Positions 53,253-64,000 of a stretch of DNA of 64,000 nt are shown here, piece by piece (within the stretch, counting starts at the first letter, position 1; each line of letters opens with the position of its first letter). The DNA is from Phoronis australis (lineage: Eukaryota > Animalia > Phoronida). The DNA lies in the NCBI GenBank assembly GCA_002633005.1, contig NMRA01000059.1:609883-673882 (forward strand), written 5' to 3'. The position numbers and the translations under genes are program-made. The notes under the pieces are model-generated. The model did no database searches. It saw only the letters and a list, made by a program, of their open reading frames with translations, and had not been told where the DNA came from.

Positions 53253-53923
53253 ATGAGCGGCAGAGGCTCTATTGCTCCTCAAAAACAAAAAGGTAAGACT
53301 GGTACATTAATCAGCGTTTCCTTTTTGATACCCACTATACAGATTAATTTATATTTTGTGAACGCTTTCAGTATGCAGCTTCGATCCAATTTTCAAAATG
53401 GATCAAAAACAGTGTCAACACATATTAATTAATATTGAGATTTTCTTTTTAAAATCAATGTCAGCACTAACGCGTTGTCATGTACAAAAGTTCATAACCG
53501 CCACGGGTACTCAAGCATTTTTATACAAAGTCAACCAATGGCATATTACGTTGCATAAAATACGTAATTTTGCACAGATTGTCTAATTTTAATACAAACA
53601 AAAATCTTGCTTTGGAAATACAACATGAAAATTCCATAAGGTCAACCGCACTGACGCTCATTTAATTGCAGATAATTACTACGACAGTCCTTACGATTTC
53701 GAACTACCACCAAATGGTACGTGGGAGGTGCATGAAGATGAAGAGTGTGTATGGGAGAGGAATAGCGACCAAAATTGGATTCGACGGTGTTATTGCGCGT
53801 AACTATGAAAACGACGTCAAAGACGAACATGATACACCCGATTGCGTTTGGTTTAAACGGGAGTATCGGGGGGAATATTTCTTCATTCGCCGTTGCGTTT
53901 GTGAAAGTCCATACTGCGGCTAG
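53253..53923 (+). pseudogene. Family member 11 with a single frameshift; exons 53253-53292 and 53672-53923
   Basis: Exon 1 is MSGRGSIAPQKQK G|GTAAGA. The acceptor is TTGCAG|AT. The exon reads ...PNGTWEVHEDEECVW...RRCYCA* with TAA at 53800-53802. Repeat 2 (EHDTPDCVW...RRCVCESPYCG*) is intact in a shifted frame. Confidence 0.78.
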
Positions 53924-55928
53924 TGTCAAACCGTTTTAGATTTACAGATGGAACTTTGAACAGACACAATTATTTGACTTTACAAGTTCGTCATTAGGAA
54001 TATTTAGGCATTAGCGTTGAAAGACGATTTGACATATTTCAACTTACGGAACACAGCCCTTGATGAGCAATGAACACTGAGACGATGATGATCTCATGTT
54101 TTTTATGTCTTACAAGAAACATTTACCTTCATCTCTAGTTAAAACATTTAAAGCAGTCATTTGTCACGTAAGGATTGCGACAGGGAGAGGAGCGTTCGAT
54201 TTTCGAAGCACATCCTCAATGTGCTATTTTGGCTTTGATACATGTATACTGCACCCGCCGCGTGAGGTGCAACAAGGAGTTAGTCTTCGTACACCTGTAT
54301 TTCGATATGATTAATTAACGTTTTATTAATAAAAGTACATGTGTAAGATATATGTGTGTTTATATTCAATGATTGTTATGATAAATTGCCATAAAACAAA
54401 ACACTTGTGCCTATGCGAAACACTCGGCTACTGTTCGAGACTTCACTCGAAAACTGACCTAACTCACATCGAGCTAAGTTAGACTCCTGCTACACAATTG
54501 GCCAGTTTCCTCGTGAGGTCTCCGGTCATTTGTCGTGCACACATCAACAAAACCAAACGCACTCGCAAGTAGAACAATGCAAAAATGGAGACATTGAATA
54601 GAAATACATGTGCGTCATCACTGTTGACAATGACCATTAATTGTAAGGGGTAGTCGTGGAAAAGTTAAATTGAGAAGATGCGTTCTAATGCAGAAAGACA
54701 ATTTTTCTAACGTTGCCGAGATTGCGGTGTAAATATCTTTAAGGCTGTTTTAACAATCAGTCGAGACGCCAATGTCCACCTGTCAGTAAGTTAAGGCCAC
54801 GCCTTTTAGTGACTTCACTAGGAGAAGGCATAACGTAAGTGTAGAAAAAGGCGTATTTAAGGGGATACTATCGGCGAGAAAATTTTCTAATGTCAGATTC
54901 AACGTGTGACTGAACCTGGAAGCCCCTCGCTCCCTACCAAACACTGTCCTGGAGGAGAAAACTCCCTCTCGATAACTGTTGCACCATTGAACTGGTGTCA
55001 CCGGCTTTGATTTTAGCGAATGTCTGACAGAAAAGCTATGATGATTGAGGATTCGTAATTAAAAAAAACCAACGGATCTTGTTGTTTTACATCTTTGGTC
55101 ATAGCTAACATCAGAAGCATTTACAAAGCCATGGCAACGGGTCACGAGGTTACACCTTTAACTTTTAACTTCGTCACCGGCTTGTGCATATGGATTGGTT
55201 TAAACTTCACATTGGATCAAAAGATAATATTAGTTTTGGTGGCCATGAAAATAATGTACATAGACTCAAGACGACTTATTGAAACAAAAGAAAATAAGTC
55301 ATTCATAGCATGCGTAAGGTCGACTTTATTTTTTCACCAAGTCATCGCGTATTTGTGAAGAATTTATAACTGTGTTTTTAAAGAAGTGAAGGTAATTTAT
55401 CGCTCCACAGTTGTTCGATTATAAAAACGAAAGCCCGAAACATGACTGATTGCAAAGCAGACTTGGTATAAGCTGACAGTAAAGTGCGAGAATAACGCGG
55501 CAGGATTAGTTAAGTTTCGAGACTAAGTGCGAGTCGAGACTGAGTTCGGAGCATAAACTCTCATGGGATTTGGTTTGTAACATCTTCAAAATTTTCGAGC
55601 TCACACTTTCAAGAGTTTTAATTATAAATTCATTACGATTTCATGCTATATTTAGTTTTTTAAAAAAGGCCCGAGTCACTGAGATGGGAAAAACCCCGTT
55701 GAGTTACAAGTTTTATTTTGCAGCTTGCAGGAACATTCGTGCCACAAAAATAAGTGTGATGCGGAAAATTTTCCATAATTCGGAATTACACAATACAAGC
55801 GTGCGGGAAATTTCTCGTAAAATTCCAGTACAATCTTATAAATTCGTTGTTCTCGAATGAAAATTTAGTCCAACGAAGGAAAGTTTCTAAATACAACAAC
55901 AAACCAGAAAAACGTGTGGAGAAGAAAG

Positions 55929-56858
55929 ATGAGCGGCAAGAAACCGATTGGTCCAAGAAAACAAACAAGTACTGTAAGACTGTTGTATTTCATTGGAAAT
56001 TATTTGGGATGAATTTTGAATAGAATAGACTTGTGGAAGTTAGCTTTGAGCGAAGTTGTAAAACCACAAATGCATTGTCTTTGTAAATTTATTACAAATT
56101 TCCAGATATCGCAATTGCCTGTCAAACATTCGGTGAAATCTAGGCAGACGTCTTTCAATAAGTACTGGCGTGTGATCTGGCTCAGTGGTAAAGCGGTAGC
56201 CAGCTACTGACGAGTTAATGAGTATGATTACACACTGTTGCTAATATCTCAAGATTATTTCTCTCGCAGAGAATGTCCCTGCAACAATTAAATAGCAATG
56301 AGTTTTGTTCTTAGCATTAAATATCGGTTTAAATCCATCCAATTACATACTCAATACCCGGTGACGGTCACTACATGCAATACAGCAGTATTTTTGTACC
56401 TTGGTTAAATTATGTACTCATTTCTCCTATTTCTTTTAAACACAAATCTAGAAAACAGAGAAACTTGCAATATTGGAGTGAAGGATATCTGCCTACTGAA
56501 GACAAAGGAATCTTATTAGCATTGGTGAGAATATGCAACTTTTAACTTACAAATTACAGGAAAACGAGAGATTTATACCTACGTATTCGGTACTTTTTCA
56601 GTTGAATATGGCAGTCGTACCAACGAAACCACACAGGGAACTTGGTCTGGATGGTTGAAGACAGTTGGGAGTGCTCTCATTGGATCTTGGCGCTGTGTTT
56701 GTAAATGGGTGCCAAGCACACAGGCGGTTTTCCGTTCCGTGGGCGGTGGTACCGGGGTTGGCGGTCGCTCGAGCGGTGGTCACCGGGGCGCCGGTTACCG
56801 GGGCGGCGGTCATTCGAGCGGCGGTTCCCGGGCCGGAGGTCGGTCTGGAAAGAAATAA
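55929..56858 (+). CDS. Gly/Arg/Ser/His-rich derivative B, 98 aa; exons 55929-55968 and 56602-56858
   Basis: Duplicate of 37900-38979 with a tail 135 nt shorter, in frame. The donor is altered to A|GTACTGTAAGA by a 5-nt insertion. Confidence 0.6.
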
Positions 56859-58202
56859 TTCCTCCCCACGTTGCTGCAACAGAGCTGGCAGTTATTTTGC
56901 TAAGCTTTAAAAACAAGAAATAGGACGGTACCACAACCATAGATTGAACGAACGGACTGTAAAAAGACATTGATGCGATTGTGACGACAGATAAAGAAAC
57001 AGTAAGAAATACCAGCTTATACAGTGTGTACGAGGTCATATCGTCGATAATTATAAACACATAACGTTGGGACTGCATCAAAAATGTACTGCTGGTCCAG
57101 CAGTTGTGACGCTATAACATCTACTAAAAATGTTTTTTTACCAAATTAACTGCTAATAGTTTTCTTTATTCAGTTATTTACTCAGGTTGATTAATCAGCA
57201 TTCACCGTACATGTAGCTTAAGTGTACAGACAGTCTTTTGGAAAAAGTAAAATTCTTTTCTCACGAATTATCTTTTCTCACGCACCGCATGTTGTCTTGG
57301 CCAAAGGAGACTGTTAATGCACGATTCACAGAAGAAGACGACTGAATAGATTTTGGTTGTCTGGCAGTCTATTGCGAACCTGGCACTGAGTAGTTCTTTA
57401 ATTGTCTTGTTGGGCAATATCCTTACAAGGACTGACGGGTTTTTGTTCTGATATTTTCTGCATAGGGTGAATGATTTTTTTTCATAAAAACTGCTGATTC
57501 ATGTAAAAACAGTTGAATTTTGATGTACACTAATTCTGTTCCTTTCTCAGACAAGAACCAATTTTTGGGCTAAAAATAAATTGAAAATCTGACAATTGGT
57601 AATAATTGCTTGAAACCATGCTTGGCGCATAAACTCATCACTATAGTGTCAGGCAACATTACTGAACTTGGTCTTAGAGAACACGAACTGTTAAGTCTCA
57701 TCGAGCCCTGAAATCATATCTAATCTGGGTAAAGAAGGAGTTGAGGCCAATTTCATTTAACAGTTAGTTTTCTAAATAAAAACTTGAACTGAGCGGCCGC
57801 TTGAAATATCAGGGGTCCCAAGGTCTACAGTCCCAGTGAGTGTTTCCGTCTCAACTTATTAGGCTCATACCTACTACCACGCTTACTCAATAAATCGATT
57901 TTATCCAGTAAAGCCTGCGTCACTTGGAAAAACCAATCTTGTTAGACATTCTTGAGGAAAAAATATTACCGAAGAAATTCCCATTCTCCTAATAACTATT
58001 ACGCGAGATTTTCCCCTGTAAATGTCATGGACATCGTTCAATACACACTTTAAGCTGCATTTTGTCTATTAATAGCCTGTGATGTTTTTTTCTAAAATTC
58101 CCGAAGAATACCGTATAAAGTCTGTGTGCCGCAAGACAGATCCAGTTGAAGAATTTTCTACGACTAGATTAGTGTCGCTCTTCACAGCTGTAACGAAGCA
58201 AA

Positions 58203-61121
58203 ATGAGTGTCAAATCTGTTCCACCTCCAAAGCAAAAAGGTAAGACAAATTTGCCTAAATATAAACATCGCAACTAGCATAAGTGTAAGCCTTGACAACG
58301 TAGTTTTTTATTTTCAAAATTACACTTTTCGTACGCCATCAGAATTGCAAACATTCGTTGAAAATTTCCCTGCTTGGTAGAGGTTCCCAAAATGAATATT
58401 GATATTGACCTTGAATCAAAAAGGCTGTATGAGAAATAAAACACGTTCTCGGTAAAATATATTTTTAACGGTACCATTGGTAACCTAAATTTTCTTTATT
58501 GTACACGCAGGTTAGGGTTCGTCATTACCGAAATGTCCCTGAACAAGAATATGAGTTCCTTTCAAAAAGAGATACCGGTATGCTAAATGTAAGACTCATG
58601 AATTCCAATACAACTTTAGATAGCAGTATTTTTTCATTGGACTTATTTCGTAACCCTGAAGATGGTACAAGACTAAGGCGAAACGTTGCCGTGACTTACG
58701 AACTTTTTGTAGTTTTTGTTCATCGCGTTAGTTCTCACACATGGTGATTTAATTAATTACACTCTATAATGTAACGTTATTTTTTCATATAGAGGAGAGT
58801 TTGTTATTATGAATTAATTTTGCCGCTCACTCTGCGTGGCTCTCTGTAAACGATAAAAAACCCCGAGGGGATAAAAACCAGGTCCGTTTTTACTTTGCGA
58901 TGAACAATAGTTACTGTACATGTAGAATACTGTAGTCAGACGGGATACAATATCACGACCTGCGCTGTGAAAAAGTAAGCGAAACGTTGTTTGGTTTGAA
59001 ACAGTTGACCAAGACCACATACGAGTGTGTGTAATTTAATAACCAAAAAGCCACTTATAGAGAATAAGATATTTTACAACTTTATACACAATTTACTTGT
59101 TTTGAGGGTGTTCACATACTTAGTCGTTGATGTTTCGATGTTTTCGTTTGTAACATGTTCAAGTCCTACCACGAAGAGAAAATATTTGAGACCGAGTTTA
59201 TAGGAATGAAAGACCCAAGTCGATTCTCTTTTTAATTAAACAAAATGAAATGCAGAGAATAATTACATTACTTTCGTGAAAAAAGATTTTTACCATAAAA
59301 ACGATAATTTCGCTGTCAATATTGGCCTAGAAAATGTTAAATTTTAGTGTGCGCATTTTCTTTGTGTTGAGTGTCTTAAACTATTTTTGTTAATGAAATT
59401 TACGAAATTCCCCTAAACAAACGACTGTTTAATTTTCTATATCAATTTAGTTTCAACTATTGTGCTTTGATACCTTATGATCACCAACATTCTTATTTTG
59501 ATCTATTTTGAAAGTCTTTTTCATATCACCGGCTCATTCACAATTGATTTATATCAATAATTTCACTCACTTCGATCAATAAACACCTACGCTAAACTAA
59601 ATGGAAAAACCGATCGTTAAAAACTGCCTGCGAACACAGACAATGCATTTTACAATATACTTTGGAAAATAAAATGTTCTTAAAGAGACTTTCATGTACT
59701 TTTGATATTTTCTTTTAAATTCGAATAATTTGCGGATGAATGTTTGTGTAAGTTCGGTCAAGGCATTCACGGAGCATTTGCCTTAAATCGATATCGTTTA
59801 CAAACTCAGGTTGAGATACCAAGAATTGCAACTTTCACGGGCCAGTAAGTATTAACTATGAAACTAAGAATGCAAATTTATAAAACTAAGCTTGTTTTTA
59901 ACTCCCATGGTTTCTTTTGCATTAAGCATATCTCATGTCACATAAACATTTTCAATCGATGCCCAATTTGCCCAGCTTCGGTCATGCGGGTATTTTTCAT
60001 AATTGAATTCGATTTATTGTAGTTACACTAGGGTCGGATTCCTTTGGGAAAATCCCCTTCAATGAATGTTTATTGGACAGACTAGGGTCCTCCAAAATAA
60101 CTGTTAAGCTGGAAATTTTGGTTAATTTCCTCGACATTGAATTGCACGTTACTCATTCACTAAACACAAACAATTGTATAACAGTGGGTACTTTATTATT
60201 TTATTTTTGCTGTTAGCGAAATTAAGATAATAGAGAACTTCTCGATATATAGTACACCTCACCTCAAAAATTGTGGCTAGGGAAATGAACAATAAAAACA
60301 ACTGTTTTAAAAATATAAAAATATACGACAGTTATGTTTCATTGGAAACTCGTACCGTAATGCTGCAGAGATTAAAAACACATTTTGTTCATGTATTCGG
60401 TAACTGACAGTCCTACAGTGTATTTGACATGATGAACTACGTGGCTGCAAAATGTGAAACATCAAACCCCGTCCCCTCGAGGAAATTAGCTTTTGATTTG
60501 GACCATTTGCCGCTGCAAAATTGTTTTCAACTTCTTCCATACTTAGATGAGAAGTACGTTTTGGTCTAGCAAAGAACTGACAGTCGGTTATTGCCCGGCC
60601 ATGTAGGGCGGGAGCCTTCAGGCTGTTGAACAATTCTTTAGACGATTCGCGTAGGATAACCATGACTGATGAGCGTTAAATACCGGTAATGTGAAAGAAG
60701 CATAATGATTAAAACAAAGCGTTCTACTGGTGTCGAGGTGGTCAAAATTCTGCCAATGCAACAATGAGAATCTGATAAACCGAATGATACGTTTTAATGT
60801 ACGTAATAAACACTGCAATGAAGAGCTTTGTCATTTTTAGAGGCTAAATGGGAGCACGGGAAGAAGTATATACATGGCTCGTGGGAATTGCACGTGAAGT
60901 CTTCTTGCCATTGGACCAACAAGCAAATCTGGGAGGAAGGCATTTCTAACGAGGGTAAATGGAGGTGGGAATTGACGCGGCACTGCGATTGTGATCTGCA
61001 CAAAGAAGACAAGGAAAAGCACTACAGCGAGGAATGCCATTGGGTTAAAAAGGAGCACCGCGGCCCAAATCCGACCGAATATTTTCTGGTTCGTCGTTGC
61101 CGATGCAAAGAGTTCAACTAA
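58203..61121 (+). CDS. Family member 12, 105 aa; exons 58203-58239 and 60841-61121
   Basis: Exon 1 is MSVKSVPPPKQK G|GTAAGA. The acceptor is TTTTTAG|AG. Exon 2 is AKWEHGKKYIHGSWELHVKSSCHW...RHCDC...HYSEECHW...RRCRCKEFN*. TATAAA lies at 58114 and AATAAA at 61136. Confidence 0.85.
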
Positions 61122-62489
61122 TGTCTGTATCTGGAAATAAAATATATTTAACTTCGCTATATGTATTTGATTATAAAATAAACATTATCTAAACATTTAT
61201 GGCCAATGTTGAAATGTTGGGGCTCATACCTTGTGCATTCAATTACACATTCAATGTCATCAATTGCTTTACTTAATACAGGTTTACCGGTCTTCCTCTC
61301 TCACGATCCGCATATGCTCAGTTGTTTCCCCGCAACCTGTACTTCAGTTCCACGACAAACTCAGTTCTCATTGAGCACATTTTCCTTTCTTTTTTTACCG
61401 AACTTCGTCTATGATTTCGGATTGACTTTCTCCATGGTTGGAGGGCGCTTAATAAGTGAAAAGAAACAAGATCGACAGAAATTAAAATTAGGAAAGATGT
61501 AGATTTGTACAAATAGTCTCAAAAATATTACAGTTGTTTTCTAAAACGATTCACCATAGCGAAATGTGTTTAAAAACATCCACATGTAAATGTCGGGAGA
61601 TTGGCATTGGGTTTTATTTGGCGTATAAAATTTTGCTTGAAATGGTGAAGAGGATGCCTAGTACCAATGGTGACATTACGAGACTGAAACGAGACACATC
61701 CCAAGCGTCAATTGTAAAATCTGAGGTATTATGGACAAATACATTTGTAAATGAATATTTGTCCTTATCAAGGTGTCGGTGTATTTTAACAAATACCTAA
61801 AAACTGCAGATTATAACTCAGTAATATTACATATTTAGTGAAAGTAAAATGTTTGTAGAATTTGAGTTTTGATTTCATGCCAATCTGCTATTAATTGGAT
61901 CACGTGACCTCGCACGTATGTTTTGTGAAAAATGTACATCCATAGCAAAACAATGGTATCAAAAACATGATCAAATTTTGCTTACAACAAATGTACAAAA
62001 GCGCTGTTCCAGTTTTCTTAATAATCACCTCATTCTCGTTTTATTTCACTCAGGACATTTTTTATAGAAATAATTACTCGTATTTTTGACAGCCTACATG
62101 CAAAAATGAAAAGAATTCCTGACAGTTTTTTGAGAATTCATCCAAACAAACATTTCTGGGATATGATGCTCCAAATTTGGCCATTTTTTGAGGGTCCTAC
62201 ATAACCCTCATGGCATGAACAGGGGCCATCTGAGAGCTACGTGTGTTGTATAAGGTTTGATATGTATTGCGAAACGGAAGGAGAGGAGTTTTATAGGAAG
62301 ACTATGTATGAATAGTGTCATAATGCCGTGCAGGAGAAAATATTTGTATACATGGACAAGGAGTTGCTTTTATGATCTGCTCAACTGAATTATTAAGAAC
62401 CGAAATGTGGTTGATTAGAACAGAAATACAACACCAAAGGAAAGATTTGCCTTATGAGAAAAGTATGCGTATTCAAAGTGCCGAATTTA

Positions 62490-62760
62490 TTGAGCTGGAA
62501 AAATCCAGCTGCTGGAAGAAAACTCATACATGTACTACGAACATAACTCAGATGCGGAAAAATCCGAAGTTGAAAGAAATTCATTTTCTTTTTGCTAATA
62601 AAAGTAAGCGGGAAGTGTTTCAAGAAAAATTCCAACAAAAATTTTGCAAAATGTTCATGCTTAAAAAATCAATTCAAAGACGTTTTTAACATCATTGTAC
62701 TGTATTAACCAGTGAACATTGCGGAGGACAAAATGAGCGGTAAAAAGAATAAGTCGTTGA
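62490..62760 (+). other. Candidate promoter and start of a further family member (ATG at 62733)
   Basis: ggacaaaATGAGCGGTAAAAAG matches the family start context (MSGKK). GGAAAAATCC occurs at 62497 and 62556. No exon 2 was found within the window. Confidence 0.4.
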
Positions 62761-63151
62761 AATCATTAAAATCGCTGAAAATCATATTCTAAATCTTGTC
62801 TTCTAACAACACGGATTTCTGCACCAGGGGTAAACCATTTTGCAGGTTAGGTAGAAGGCTATCGGCGGAGGAAAATTGGGACCTGTGCTTTAATCAACAA
62901 ACTGCACCTTTATTAGTTTGACTTAACAACGTTTTAGTAGCTTTGATCCACGATACTTTTGGGTTTCTTAACGACAGTAAGGCACAACGTTTACTAAAAT
63001 TACACCGAAAATACCATTCCTCATATCGTCATTTCTGGAAACAACCACAGTGATTTTTTAAAATTTACAGTACATGCATGCCCCAAGATTTGCAAAATTC
63101 GACCAAACACTTTAGCATGCGTGCGTACAGCAAGGAGCTAACGTTTGGCTG

Positions 63152-63340
63152 TTATTGATTGAGATATATGCTATTAATGTTACTTCTCGATGCCTGTTGA
63201 TTCAAGAATTCATTTAAACCCAAGACAAATAGTAATGGACTTATCATGAAACCCTGACGAGAGCAAACAGTACCACCACAAACTCTATAGGTACATGTTG
63301 AAATATTAATTTTAGTAATAATCCTTGAGCAACACTCTTT
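63152..63340 (-). mobile_element. LINE reverse transcriptase fragment
   Basis: SRQGFMISPLLFVLGLNE resembles the RT motif GVRQG..LSPLLF.L..N. Confidence 0.65.
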
Positions 63341-64000
63341 TAGTAATACCCCTTTAGTACTATGCACCCGGGGGGTGCTCTAGGGTTGGAACAAACCCAG
63401 CATTTGGCAAAGTAGGCAAATAGGTACGCCTCAGATAACCCAAACTCTGAAAAAGTAGACAACTAGACAAAAGTCCGCTAAAAAGACGGGAATCACAAAA
63501 TTTCGGCGAATGCATAATTCATAGCTCTGAACGTACGCTATTAATCTTTAAGTAAAAGGTGCACATTCTCAAAAATTCGAGCCCCCCATATTTTTGGCTG
63601 GGTGAGCTCATGATATTCCTTTAGTAATATTACAAAAATTAACTAATCAGTTGACTCGCTTACAGTAAAAGTTTCAAATTTCTCAGTTTGCACTGACAAG
63701 GTACACGCACGTTGAAAAATGACAAACAAGTATTGAAAATTCCAGACATTTCGTGAAGTCAATCAAAAAATAATTCAGCAAAGATCAGTTTTACACCAAA
63801 ATTGACTAATTAACGAGTGAAAGAAGAGACAAAAATTAAGCCCTGTTGTCAAAAACAAAAATGGTCGCTTGGCATTACTTTTGGTTCCCAATATTTCAGG
63901 ATAATGTCACTGACTTTTTCATCTGAAATTATTGCACGTGTTTACATGTGGAGATAGCTTAGTAAGACAGTCTTGGCTTACGAAGTAAAAGTCCCGCAAT

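Overview
AT-rich animal (probably invertebrate) genomic DNA with spliceosomal introns. There are no prokaryotic features, RNA genes or CRISPR arrays. The window is dominated by a tandem cluster of a small-protein family that I do not recognise and that the ORF track shows only in fragments. Most members have two coding exons: a short exon 1, a phase-1 GT-AG intron, and an exon 2 encoding two copies of the motif H-x4-C-x-W-x(n)-C-x-C. The proteins are 86-119 aa and have no signal peptide. I count 10 apparently intact Cys/His/Trp members: three on the minus strand at 1.8-9.9 kb and seven on the plus strand at 26-61 kb (one of these is intronless and one has no located exon 1). There are also two frameshifted copies, one largely deleted copy, two Gly/Arg/His-rich derivatives sharing the exon-1 architecture, and three orphan or relic first exons. 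Most promoters carry a TATA box about 75-92 bp upstream of the ATG plus clustered NF-kB/Rel-like sites. This suggests (inference) an inducible, rapidly evolving, intracellular, possibly Zn-binding immune or stress effector family under birth-and-death evolution. The rest is segmental duplications, MITE-like elements, LINE remnants and minisatellites.
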